From positions 139,495 to 203,494 of the forward strand of contig JBLYPV010000001.1 of NCBI GenBank assembly GCA_048538215.1: a stretch of 64,000 nucleotides of DNA, given 5' to 3'. The DNA is from Patescibacteria group bacterium. GTDB lineage: Bacteria; Patescibacteriota; Minisyncoccia; Phycocordibacterales; GCA-2747955. The position numbers and the translations under genes were made by a program. This document shows, piece after piece, positions 10,308-19,662 of the stretch. Positions within the stretch are counted from its first letter, which is position 1. Each line of letters starts with the position of its first letter. The notes beneath the pieces were generated by a model. It saw nothing but the letters and a program-made list of their open reading frames with translations, did not search any database and had not been told where the DNA came from.

Positions 10308-10778
10308 ATGAAACGAATAATAAGTATCCTGGCGCTTATAATAATTGCTGTAGTGATATGGTATCTATATACCAATAGTGATTTATTTATACGAGAGAAT
10401 GCTACTAATAACTCTAACAATACTATGACAGAAGATTATATTACCACCAATTCTGGACTGAAATATAAAATTATCAATGAGACAGCTCAAGGAGCACGAC
10501 CAAGTGGCCCTACATCGCAAGTCGAAGTACATTATGAAGGACGTCTTACAGACGGCACCATTTTTGATTCTTCACGGGCACGAGGGGAGGCAATTACTTT
10601 TGGACTCAATCAGGTGATTGCTGGCTGGAGTGAAGGAGTACAATTGATGAGTGAGGGAGATACTTATGAATTCTATATCCCAGCAAATTTGGGGTACGGT
10701 GCTAAGGGAGTGCCTGGAGTCATCCCACCAAATGCAGATCTCATTTTTGAGGTAGAATTGATCAAGGTACTCAATTAA
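10308..10778 (+). CDS. FKBP-type peptidyl-prolyl isomerase, membrane-anchored
   Basis: VHYEG.L.DGTIFDSS, VIAGWSEG, IPPNADLIFEVEL. Confidence 0.96.
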   Translation: MKRIISILALIIIAVVIWYLYTNSDLFIRENATNNSNNTMTEDYITTNSGLKYKIINETAQGARPSGPTSQVEVHYEGRLTDGTIFDSSRARGEAITFGLNQVIAGWSEGVQLMSEGDTYEFYIPANLGYGAKGVPGVIPPNADLIFEVELIKVLN

Positions 10779-10784
10779 ACTACT

Positions 10785-11510
10785 ATGACCAAAAAGGGCA
10801 GGGGAGCGAAAGACGGTAAAAGTTTTTGGGATGCTGAATATACAGATGCGCAACACTTAGCACTTTCTGATGAGCCAAGTAGTGATCTCCTGGCTTTTAT
10901 GAGGTGGTCTGATCGTCAAAAAAATGAAATAGATAGGGTGGTAGATAAGCCACGAGTACTAGATATTGGTTGTGGAAATGGGAGGAATGTTATTTTTTTA
11001 CAAAACGTAGCGCAAGCACAGTGCTATGGTTTTGATATATCAGATAGTGCCATAGAGCAAGTACGAGCCAAGAGTAGCTCTCCTGATCGTTTCATCGTAC
11101 ATTCCATCAAGGAAATCCCATATCCTTATGAAAATGAAGCTTTCGATCTTGTACTTGATATGATGTCGAGTCATATCCTTAACAGCAAAGAGCGTAAAGC
11201 TATGAGAGATGAGATCGATAGACTACTTGTGCCAGGTGGATGGATATTTTATAAAACATTTTTGCTTGATGGTGATAGAAATGCTAGAGAAATGATATCA
11301 AAGTATCCAGGCGATGAAGAATATAGCTATGTGCATCCGCGTATAGGTCATTTGGAGTATGTCTTACCCCAAGATGAGATAATTCGTGAAATAGAAGAGC
11401 AGGGATGGGAAATACATAAAATTAGCAAATCTCATAAACATATCAAAAATGGCAAAGTGGGGAAGAGGCGTAATGTTGTACTATATCTTCGCAAGCCACT
11501 TGGGTGGTAG
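10785..11510 (+). CDS. class I SAM-dependent methyltransferase
   Basis: VLDIGCGNGRN, GFDIS, FDLVLD, LVPGG. Confidence 0.9.
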   Translation: MTKKGRGAKDGKSFWDAEYTDAQHLALSDEPSSDLLAFMRWSDRQKNEIDRVVDKPRVLDIGCGNGRNVIFLQNVAQAQCYGFDISDSAIEQVRAKSSSPDRFIVHSIKEIPYPYENEAFDLVLDMMSSHILNSKERKAMRDEIDRLLVPGGWIFYKTFLLDGDRNAREMISKYPGDEEYSYVHPRIGHLEYVLPQDEIIREIEEQGWEIHKISKSHKHIKNGKVGKRRNVVLYLRKPLGW

Positions 11511-11531
11511 TTTGAGATATATAAATCAACC

Positions 11532-12365
11532 CTAGTCGTATTCAAATGCGGTATATGCTTGCGTTTGTTTGCCTTCTGGTGTCACTTTTGTAATCCTAAA
11601 GCCATCCTCTTTTGTATAATGTGCTTCACTGACGACATAACGCTTTCCTTCATACATCACAAATGGTTTGGGGAAAGCGCAATAATGGCGATATTTATCA
11701 TATTCATCCATATTGGAAAAAATTTGCATATCAGACTTAGTATACTTAGTAGTGTAGGTAGCAGTGGGCGCTTGCTGTGCTTGAGGAGATATTTTACCGG
11801 CAAGATATCGTGGTACAACTTGGGTGAATAGGTCGGCAGCTTTCGAGGCAGCCTCTTGCTCTAGCTTGTCGTATTTCTGCCATTCGTCTATTTGCCAATC
11901 TAATTGCCCAATAATATCGCCCGCGTCCATTTCCTCCGACATTTCAATGATACTAATACCAGTAGCTTTAGTATCATCGAGAATTGCTTTAGTAATGGGG
12001 GAGGCTCCACGATACTGAGGTAGGAGCGAAGGGTGTATATTGATAAAATGCGTACGCGGAAGATCAAGAAGCTCCCCTCGTATCTTATTTCCATAAGCAA
12101 AGACACAGACAAAATCGTCTTGAGTAAAAAAATGAGAGTATGGATCAAGCGTATCAGATTGAATTACCTCGAGCCCTTGGCTAATTGCATATATGTATAC
12201 TGGCGAAGGAGTTAGTATTTGTTTACGTCCTACTGGGCGAGGAAGTGATGTAAAGATTCGTGTAGGTTGGATATGGTACTCTTTTTTTAGACTATCCAAA
12301 AAATATATTGCTATGTTTGAATTCCCAATAAAGCTCCAATTAGCTTTTTCTAATATATTTTTCAT
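11532..12365 (-). CDS. fmt: methionyl-tRNA formyltransferase
   Basis: INIHPSLLPQYRGASPI, MDAGDI; adjacent to def. Confidence 0.95.
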   Translation of the reverse strand: MKNILEKANWSFIGNSNIAIYFLDSLKKEYHIQPTRIFTSLPRPVGRKQILTPSPVYIYAISQGLEVIQSDTLDPYSHFFTQDDFVCVFAYGNKIRGELLDLPRTHFINIHPSLLPQYRGASPITKAILDDTKATGISIIEMSEEMDAGDIIGQLDWQIDEWQKYDKLEQEAASKAADLFTQVVPRYLAGKISPQAQQAPTATYTTKYTKSDMQIFSNMDEYDKYRHYCAFPKPFVMYEGKRYVVSEAHYTKEDGFRITKVTPEGKQTQAYTAFEYD

Positions 12366-12366
12366 A

Positions 12367-12909
12367 TTACAAATTTTCCTTTTGATAGCGGGACCGGGCT
12401 TGTTCAAATTCTTTCCGTTCTTGTGCGTTTAGCACTTCGATTTCGTGAGCTTTATCGATAAAAAGTATTCCATCTAAATGATCGATCTCGTGTTGAAATA
12501 TTTGAGCCAATAAGCCACTTGCTCCTCGCTCATGCCACACGGCATTTTGATCTTGGTATCGAATGGTTACCTGAGTATGTCGTTTCACCTTACCATATTT
12601 GTAGCGCACAGAAAGACAACCTTCCTCTAAAAGCTCCGTACTTTTTGATTTACGGACGATACTTGGATTGATGCAGACCATTGCTTCAGTAGCTTCTTCT
12701 CCGAATACACGAGGGCTTACAATAAATATACGCCGTGATATACCAATCTGTGGGGCAGCAAGAGCGACCCCATCATATTCTTGAGCAAGTATGTTCTTCA
12801 TAAGGGCAATTTCTTGACCTAAAGTCGCCCCCCCAATTAGTTCTGGGGCCACCTCACGAGCCTTTGTGCGCAATATAGCTGATCCTTCTTGTACAATCTC
12901 GATATCCAT
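12367..12909 (-). CDS. def: peptide deformylase
   Basis: GVALAAPQIG, EGCLS, QHEIDHLDG. Confidence 0.98.
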   Translation of the reverse strand: MDIEIVQEGSAILRTKAREVAPELIGGATLGQEIALMKNILAQEYDGVALAAPQIGISRRIFIVSPRVFGEEATEAMVCINPSIVRKSKSTELLEEGCLSVRYKYGKVKRHTQVTIRYQDQNAVWHERGASGLLAQIFQHEIDHLDGILFIDKAHEIEVLNAQERKEFEQARSRYQKENL

Positions 12910-12934
12910 ATACTAATTGCTAGTATATCACGAA

Positions 12935-13624
12935 CTATTTTTCTTTGTCTTGCCTTAAATATTGTCCAATTTTCCACCAAAATAGCTTTTTCTTTTGCAA
13001 ACGGGATTTATTTGGTGCCTGCTTTGCCTCGCCAAAGATTTGATAAAGAGTATGCATTGGTATTTTTTTGCACATTCCAAGGTAGTAAGAAAAAGATCCT
13101 ATACCGTGTCGAGATGTTTCGCCAAAATAATTACGTGCATCATCTACAAAAAGCTGGAGAGGAGTATGATGTAAAGCTGATTGATTGGCATACCTATCAA
13201 TTGATAATGATTGCAGACTACCATCCTTGGTGGCGCGTGTTTGTTTAGTTTTTGTTTGTTTACTTTTTCGTCGAGGGAAAAGCTCTCGTAAAATTTTATC
13301 AGTCGTTGTAGATAGAGCATCAGCATTGTTGAAATAGCGCTTTATGTCAGCAATGGGATAATGGGCTATCACCACGCCTCCTGCGCGATCTCCTGTTTTA
13401 GATAGCTTAAGCGCAGAAATTTCAAAAGACCCATCTCTAATAGCTTGCTTATATTTGACTGCACTTTCTATTTTAAGAATGACTGCAAGATTTTTTTTGT
13501 TACCGTCTATCACTTCAATAACATCACCAGCTTGATACTCTTTCCTTGTGTAGTAGCTTTGTTTGCGTCTATGTCTGTCAGTCTCTTGCAAACTTCGCTT
13601 AGTAGCGATAGTGATTATATGCAT
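12935..13624 (-). CDS. hypothetical basic protein, possible PriA 3'-binding-domain-like N-terminus
   Basis: Occupies the priA position upstream of def-fmt; N-terminal SYY..GDVIEV..G.K..AVI pattern; no helicase motifs. Confidence 0.55.
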   Translation of the reverse strand: MHIITIATKRSLQETDRHRRKQSYYTRKEYQAGDVIEVIDGNKKNLAVILKIESAVKYKQAIRDGSFEISALKLSKTGDRAGGVVIAHYPIADIKRYFNNADALSTTTDKILRELFPRRKSKQTKTKQTRATKDGSLQSLSIDRYANQSALHHTPLQLFVDDARNYFGETSRHGIGSFSYYLGMCKKIPMHTLYQIFGEAKQAPNKSRLQKKKLFWWKIGQYLRQDKEK

Positions 13625-13664
13625 ACGGTTTTTTTTCTTTATAGCTATAGTATAATACTAAGAT

Positions 13665-14414
13665 ATGGAAACAAAACACAATAAATTAATTATAGCATCC
13701 CTCGCGCTTGCTACTACAGCATTACTAGTTTCTTTATTAGGTGGTAAAGATATTACATTAAATCCAAACGTACAAGAACACACCATCACCGTACAAGGTG
13801 AGAGCGATCGTTTGGTAGTCCCTGATACCGCAAAAGTATCACTCACTATGACTCGAAAGAGTGCTAATCTTTCCCAGGGGACTGATTCGGTAAACAAACG
13901 TATAGGGGAGATGATAGACGCTCTCTCTGAATATAGTGTAGACAAAAAAGATATTAAAACCACTACTTATAGCGTACAGCCAGAATACAATTATATGCGT
14001 GAGTCCGGAGAGCGAGTATTTGATGGCTACCGAGTGCGACAAACAGTCGAGCTTACTATTCGAGACCTGGATAAGGTAGCCCCAATTCTTACAAAAATTT
14101 CTAGTTTTGAGGTGGATAATGTTTCTGGCCTTTCATTTTTTGTAGATGAGGATGAGAAAATCAAAAATGAACTACGAGAGGAGGCGATTGCCGATGCTAA
14201 GGAAAAGGCAAAAATTCTTGCCCGTAATCTTGGAGTCTCCCTTGATAGTATCGTGAGCTTTAATGAAGGTGGGGGATCAATGCCACCATATCCAATATAC
14301 GAGGAGCGAATGTATCTAGAGGCCAGGGACTCCAGTGTGTCAAATGCAGTAGTCCCCACAGGTGAAAATGAATATACTTCACAGGTATCAATTACCTATC
14401 TTATTGAAAACTAG
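13665..14414 (+). CDS. SIMPL (DUF541) domain protein
   Basis: ITVQGE....VPD.A, IKTT.YSVQPEY, REEAIADAKEKA..LA..LGV.L. Confidence 0.93.
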   Translation: METKHNKLIIASLALATTALLVSLLGGKDITLNPNVQEHTITVQGESDRLVVPDTAKVSLTMTRKSANLSQGTDSVNKRIGEMIDALSEYSVDKKDIKTTTYSVQPEYNYMRESGERVFDGYRVRQTVELTIRDLDKVAPILTKISSFEVDNVSGLSFFVDEDEKIKNELREEAIADAKEKAKILARNLGVSLDSIVSFNEGGGSMPPYPIYEERMYLEARDSSVSNAVVPTGENEYTSQVSITYLIEN

Positions 14415-14473
14415 TATTGCGAAATCTGATAGCTCACGGTATAGTAGCTATATAGCAGTATAAGCAAATTTCT

Positions 14474-14734
14474 ATGGCTGAACGAGATCAAGAATTCTTG
14501 GAGTACTTAGTAAAATCTATCGTGGATAATCCCGACGATATACGAATCGAGCGACAAGTAGATGAGCTTGGGGTACTTCTTACACTGAGTGTGCATCCTG
14601 ATGATATGTCACAAATTATTGGGAAAATGGGTCGTACAGCGAGCGCAATTCGTACTCTTCTACGAATCGTAGGGATGAAGCATGAATCGCGAGTTAATCT
14701 AAAAATAAGCGAGCCTGAGGAAAGGGTAGGATAA
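14474..14734 (+). CDS. khpA: KH domain RNA-binding protein KhpA
   Basis: LVKSIVDNPD, DMSQIIGKMGRTASAIRTLL. Confidence 0.93.
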   Translation: MAERDQEFLEYLVKSIVDNPDDIRIERQVDELGVLLTLSVHPDDMSQIIGKMGRTASAIRTLLRIVGMKHESRVNLKISEPEERVG

Positions 14735-14740
14735 ACGCTT

Positions 14741-15115
14741 ATGTCTATTACGCACAATAGCAAAGAAAGCTTGGAGCTCTCACTTACTCCGGCTTTTTTT
14801 GCTGCCGGTTGTTGTGCTACTCTTCCAATAATGGTTGTTTTTGGTTTATCATTAGCTGAAGAATCACTTATTTGGTATCAATGGTATTTCAGAATTGGTG
14901 GAGTATTCATTCTACTAGGATCACTCATTTGGTATTTTTATAAATCAGGAATCAAAAGCTATGTCGATTTTCAAAATAATAAAATGATGATACTCCTCAT
15001 TAGTCTGCATACTATCCTTTATTGTGGGCTTTTGTATTTATTCTTTATAAAGATAATTACACCTATGCTATGGTATTATCTTGTAGGCGAAATACATAAT
15101 TGTTGTAACATTTAA
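14741..15115 (+). CDS. small membrane protein with Cys pairs (MerT/MerC-like)
   Basis: AAGCCATLP in TM1, three TM segments, C-terminal CC. Confidence 0.55.
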   Translation: MSITHNSKESLELSLTPAFFAAGCCATLPIMVVFGLSLAEESLIWYQWYFRIGGVFILLGSLIWYFYKSGIKSYVDFQNNKMMILLISLHTILYCGLLYLFFIKIITPMLWYYLVGEIHNCCNI

Positions 15116-15118
15116 TCT

Positions 15119-15796
15119 ATGATTACCTTCCATATAATTACTTTGTTTCCTGATTCTATTTCTTGTTATATCCAACATTCAATCATCAAGCGAGCTATTC
15201 AAGATAAAACAATATCAATTTTATTTTATAACCCGATGGATTATACAACACCAAGAAGTAAGGGGGCTCTGGCACAACGAGTGGATGACAAACCATACGG
15301 AGGCGGTCCAGGAATGGTAATTCGTGCCGAGCCTATTATAAAAGCTGTCCAGGATGCTATCGGGCGTAAGCGAAATGTAGAATATATCCACTTTGCTCCG
15401 CGTGCCCATCCATATTCCAACAAGGATGCACAAGAAATAGTAGATAATGCAAAATCACCCAAAGGGGCAATACGAGACATTGTCATATTTTGTGGCAGGT
15501 ATGAAGGAATTGATAGTCGTATTGAAGAAATATACCCAGGAAGGAAAATTTCCATTGGAGAGTATGTGCTGACTGGAGGCGAATTACCAGCTATGATTGT
15601 TATTGATTCTGTAACAAGGAGGATACCAGGAGTATTAGGTGACCAAGAATCAATAGAAGAACAGAGAATTGCCCCAGAAGCTTACTATACTCGGCCACAA
15701 CGTTTACATCATCGAGGAAAAAATTATGATGTACCACAAGTATTAGTGGAAGGAAATCATGCAGAAATTGAAAAATGGCGCAAAAATAAGAAGTAA
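15119..15796 (+). CDS. trmD: tRNA (guanine37-N1)-methyltransferase
   Basis: VDDKPYGGGPGMV, CGRYEGID.R, SIGEYVLTGGELPA. Confidence 0.98.
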   Translation: MITFHIITLFPDSISCYIQHSIIKRAIQDKTISILFYNPMDYTTPRSKGALAQRVDDKPYGGGPGMVIRAEPIIKAVQDAIGRKRNVEYIHFAPRAHPYSNKDAQEIVDNAKSPKGAIRDIVIFCGRYEGIDSRIEEIYPGRKISIGEYVLTGGELPAMIVIDSVTRRIPGVLGDQESIEEQRIAPEAYYTRPQRLHHRGKNYDVPQVLVEGNHAEIEKWRKNKK

Positions 15797-15867
15797 TAGG
15801 GGAGAGGGGAGATTAGTCATCAACAATATACTTTTTACTATTTGCATATAATTGTTATTATATAAGT

Positions 15868-16026
15868 ATGAACTCACGATCAAATAGCAATTTTCTCAAA
15901 GTACTTATCCAGCTTTTTGCATGGATACTAGTGCTTTCTGCTTTCGGGGTTACGATAGGGGATATTGTTAGCTTTAATTGGCTTGGTACTGTAGCGGAGA
16001 TGCTCATAAAATTCTTTACTATATAA
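15868..16026 (+). CDS. small membrane protein (52 aa, below ORF-track cutoff)
   Basis: MNSRSNSNFLKVLIQLFAWILVLSAFGVTIGDIVSFNWLGTVAEMLIKFFTI; resembles the downstream ORF. Confidence 0.55.
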   Translation: MNSRSNSNFLKVLIQLFAWILVLSAFGVTIGDIVSFNWLGTVAEMLIKFFTI

Positions 16027-16037
16027 AAATATATTAT

Positions 16038-16409
16038 ATGAGTCTACATATTTCATCAAAGCTGAGAGAAGAGCTTACCAACACCCCTCTCTGTGCACAC
16101 AGAAAGGATAAGGGTATGATCAAGATGATCATCCTAATTATTATTGCGATTATTATCGTATCGGTCTTGGGATTTGATATTCGATCTGCAATTGAACATC
16201 CTCAAACACAAGAAAATTTTTCTTATCTTGCTCAATTTGCAATCAATTTCTGGAATAATTATTTAGCCAATATTTGGGCAGTGATATGGAATGTGATTGG
16301 GCCCATACTTACTTGGTTTTGGGATCAGCTTGCACATTTCAGCTGGCAGGGCTTTAGTGCTGACACCTCTCATTTCTTAGATCAAGCTCCTAGAATATCA
16401 AACAATTAG
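16038..16409 (+). CDS. hypothetical membrane protein with prepilin-like leader
   Basis: KDKG|MIKMIILIIIAIIIVSVLGFDI; start could be 16038 or 16116. Confidence 0.7.
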   Translation: MSLHISSKLREELTNTPLCAHRKDKGMIKMIILIIIAIIIVSVLGFDIRSAIEHPQTQENFSYLAQFAINFWNNYLANIWAVIWNVIGPILTWFWDQLAHFSWQGFSADTSHFLDQAPRISNN

Positions 16410-16817
16410 ACAATTAGATCTGGCTGTTTGTCGCAGAATATACAAAGGTAGGGAATAGGAGGAGAGGGCAGGTAAGCATACTATCTAAGCCTTTACTCAG
16501 AGTTTCACAACAGTTTATACCTGTTTCATACGAGTTTCATAAGCTCCATATACCTCTGGAGTATCTAGAGTAGATAACTAGAAAATAAAAAAGTACAGTT
16601 AAAATGAAATTTCTAAATAAATTAGAATAGATTGATTTTCAAATGATAAAAGAATAAATCGGTATTACTACTATATTATAGTTATTATGATCAATGGCCT
16701 TTACTTTTAAATCATCGAATATCAGCCCCTGATTATAATATAAAGGACAGAGCTTTATGACCTTAAGTAAGGGGCAACACTTTCAATAGCAGTCAGGGGA
16801 GTAGAAAAATAGATATT

Positions 16818-16845
16818 ATGTCGCAAAATGTATATTGTGCGACAG
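16818..16845. other. putative dif-like chromosome dimer resolution site
   Basis: ATGTCGCAAAA-TGTATA-TTGTGCGACAG in 11-6-11 layout; same central hexamer as E. coli dif; lies at the gene-strand switch. Confidence 0.6.
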
Positions 16846-16905
16846 ATGAGAATATCTATTGATACCACTCCCTACCCACAAACCCACATAAACAAAGAAA
16901 GCTTT

Positions 16906-17274
16906 TTATTTATCCTTTTGAGCTATTTTAAGTATTACCCCTCCCGCTAGTAGTATTAATCCAGTAATAACAATATCCCAATCACCGTGTCCAAATGATT
17001 CAGCCAAAATATGTACAAAGCCAAACACAAGAAGAATGCCTCCCACAGCCAGCAAGGTATATATAAGTAGTGCTCTACGAACATCTCGTTCTACCTCCCC
17101 TACTCTCTTGTTTATAAATGCACTAGCAATGCGTGCTCCCTTGAGTAATATTCCAGTTTTTATCAATAAATTTACAATAGTAGTAAATGCATCTGTTTTA
17201 GCAGTTTGTACTTTATCATCCTTATGTACATCCTTATAATCTTTATCTTTTTGTAGTTTCTTAGTGTTAGTCAT
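16906..17274 (-). CDS. hypothetical membrane protein (two C-terminal TM helices)
   Basis: ORF with hydrophobic hairpin. Confidence 0.7.
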   Translation of the reverse strand: MTNTKKLQKDKDYKDVHKDDKVQTAKTDAFTTIVNLLIKTGILLKGARIASAFINKRVGEVERDVRRALLIYTLLAVGGILLVFGFVHILAESFGHGDWDIVITGLILLAGGVILKIAQKDK

Positions 17275-17303
17275 AGTAGTACAAATTGTAACATACCACC
17301 CAA

Positions 17304-17328
17304 CACTTAGGGACCCGGTCCCTAAGTG
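17304..17328. repeat. perfect palindrome (REP-like)
   Basis: cacttagggacc-c-ggtccctaagtg between divergent genes. Confidence 0.7.
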
Positions 17329-17385
17329 GGTGCTTGCAGTGTAAGGAAAAACTGTTACAATACCTTCACTTAATCGAACAAAAGT

Positions 17386-17664
17386 ATGGCAAAAAAGAAA
17401 GCAGGAGGATCAGCTAAAAGTTTGCGTGATTCAAACCCACAATATCTAGGCGTCAAGCTTGGAGATGGCACTACGGCAAAAACTGGACAAGTTATTGTAC
17501 GCCAGCGAGGTACTAAAATTATGGCTGGTGCCAATGTAGGTGTTGGTAAAGATGATACGCTATTTGCACTCAAAGACGGAGTGGTACATTTTGGCTCAAA
17601 GCGAAAGCTTAATTTTGATAATAGTGTCACTCGCCGTAAGGAGGCACGAATTGATACTGCTTAG
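17386..17664 (+). CDS. rpmA: 50S ribosomal protein L27
   Basis: [37 protein letters not shown]. Confidence 0.98.
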   Translation: MAKKKAGGSAKSLRDSNPQYLGVKLGDGTTAKTGQVIVRQRGTKIMAGANVGVGKDDTLFALKDGVVHFGSKRKLNFDNSVTRRKEARIDTA

Positions 17665-17682
17665 TATTATCCTATATAAATT

Positions 17683-17719
17683 AAACAACAAATCCCACCT
17701 AAGGTGGGATTTGTTGTTT
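17683..17719. terminator. bidirectional terminator between rpmA and rplI
   Basis: aaacaacaaatcccacct-a-aggtgggatttgttgttt. Confidence 0.8.
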
Positions 17720-18144
17720 TAGCCTTCAATCATTAGATGGACACTTCCTTTGTGATCTCCCACTACTATGGGTATATCGTAGCTTCCCCGTTCTTTTATT
17801 GGACGCTTAAGTTTGATGTGTTCTTTTTTGAGACCTTGGATCTCTGAAGCAATTTTACTTGAATTGATTGATTCAAACAGAGTACCCCTTTCATTTGCTG
17901 GACTTTGTATACTAATTATAGAATTATTAATTTTAGCAAATAATTGTGCATCGAGCTCGTCTTTCTTATTTCTTTTGCTTTGATTGCGATCCTTGTTTTT
18001 TTCAAATTGAATAATGTCTTGTTCGCTAGCATGAGAGGCCAAGCCACGAGGTATTAAGTAAGAGGAGGCATACCCATCTGACACCTCATATATCTCTCCT
18101 TTCCTGCCAAAACGCTTAATATCTTGTAGTAATTTTATTTTCAT
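17719..18144 (-). CDS. rplI: 50S ribosomal protein L9
   Basis: MKIKLLQDI...G.KGEI.EVSDGYA..YLIPRGLA; PIKERG. Confidence 0.95.
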   Translation of the reverse strand: MKIKLLQDIKRFGRKGEIYEVSDGYASSYLIPRGLASHASEQDIIQFEKNKDRNQSKRNKKDELDAQLFAKINNSIISIQSPANERGTLFESINSSKIASEIQGLKKEHIKLKRPIKERGSYDIPIVVGDHKGSVHLMIEG

Positions 18145-18153
18145 AATAAGAAT

Positions 18154-19584
18154 TTATTTTACTTGAATTTTATATTTGTCAGGCACTTCAATGAAAAAAT
18201 CTTGATAATCATTCCTTTTGATAATGGCTATTGCATCCATTATGACAGAGTCTTGTGCAAAATCTTGATTGAAGGTACCCGCGTTAATCTCGGAGGTATC
18301 ATCCTCATTCTCTTGAGGTAGAATTGCGATATCAGGAGTTAGACCATTTTTACTGATATCTACACCCGACGGAGAGAGCCATTTAGCAATAGTAATCTTG
18401 AGTGAAGTATCTTTTGTAAGCTGGAAAAGCTCCTGCACCGAGCCTTTACCAAAGCTTTGCTCCCCTCCCAATAAAGCTCTATTATTGTCCCTAAGAGCTC
18501 CTGCTAAAATCTCTGCCGCTGAGGCTGACCCCCCATTAATCAATACGAGAACATCCACTTCCCCATCGATACGATTATATCCATAGGAGTAGTGCTGGAT
18601 AGAATTTATCTCGTCACTATATTTTTCGGTAACAACTAGCTCGTCGCTCTCTAAGAATTGGGAAGCAATATCGACTGCAGCTTCGAGTAAACCACCTGGA
18701 TTATTGCGTAAATCGATCACCAATTTATTATACCCCCCTCGATTAAAAGCGATAAGGGCATCCTCAAATTGAGAAGCAGCTTGAGCACTAAACGAATATA
18801 GCTTTATAATATACGCATTATCTATTACCTGTGTTTGTATTGTAGGAATCTCAATTCTATCACGCACTATATTGACTACTATTGGCTCTGTCTCCCCTTC
18901 TCTCAAGAGCTCAAGCTTTACTTTCTTCCCTTTTGGTCCTCGTATGAGCTCTACTGCTTTCTCGGCGCTCATAGTTATAGATTCTTGGTCATCAATTGCA
19001 GAAATAACATCCTTTGCCCTTACTCCTGCCCTATAAGCTGGAGTACCAGGAAGAGGAGCAACTACCATAAGGAGCCCTCGACGATTAGTAATCTCTATCC
19101 CCACACCTGTGAATTCTCCTGCAATACTTGATTCAAATGAAGCTGCCTCCTCTGGTGGAAGAAAAGTGGTAAATGGATCACCATAAGAAGCAGTAAGTCC
19201 GCTGATTGCCCCCCATATTCGATCTTGCGCAGTCGCTTTTTCACTTGAGCTTGTTGCGCTCCCATTTACAAAATTTTTTTCAAGCAATACCCAAGCATCC
19301 CAAAATGGTGAAAAATCGGCCGTGCCAATATCTACCTCTTGTTTAAAATAGGCATCTGGATCAAGATTAGTAATACCCCGAAGCTCATTGCGAGCATATG
19401 ATGAAAATTGATGACTACCTACCTTATAGCCAATTTGATAGCCAAGATAAGATACCGTAGCAAGAGCTATCGATACCATTAAAAAGCTAAAGATTATAAG
19501 TGATCGTAGGTGATCTGGTCGGATGAATTTGCGAGCCTTCTTGCGGTATCGGCTAATCATTTCTATATTACGCCCTTTTGTCAT
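18154..19584 (-). CDS. ctpA: S41 family carboxy-terminal processing protease
   Basis: PDZ domain (GVGIEI), DLRNNPGG, SASAAEI, GEQSFGKGSVQ. Confidence 0.95.
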   Translation of the reverse strand: MTKGRNIEMISRYRKKARKFIRPDHLRSLIIFSFLMVSIALATVSYLGYQIGYKVGSHQFSSYARNELRGITNLDPDAYFKQEVDIGTADFSPFWDAWVLLEKNFVNGSATSSSEKATAQDRIWGAISGLTASYGDPFTTFLPPEEAASFESSIAGEFTGVGIEITNRRGLLMVVAPLPGTPAYRAGVRAKDVISAIDDQESITMSAEKAVELIRGPKGKKVKLELLREGETEPIVVNIVRDRIEIPTIQTQVIDNAYIIKLYSFSAQAASQFEDALIAFNRGGYNKLVIDLRNNPGGLLEAAVDIASQFLESDELVVTEKYSDEINSIQHYSYGYNRIDGEVDVLVLINGGSASAAEILAGALRDNNRALLGGEQSFGKGSVQELFQLTKDTSLKITIAKWLSPSGVDISKNGLTPDIAILPQENEDDTSEINAGTFNQDFAQDSVIMDAIAIIKRNDYQDFFIEVPDKYKIQVK

Positions 19585-19662
19585 AAGACTATTATCGCAT
19601 AAAATCTTCTATGCGGAAAATCGCTTAGTCTATGAAAAATCTGATGTATAATAAAGCGATAT

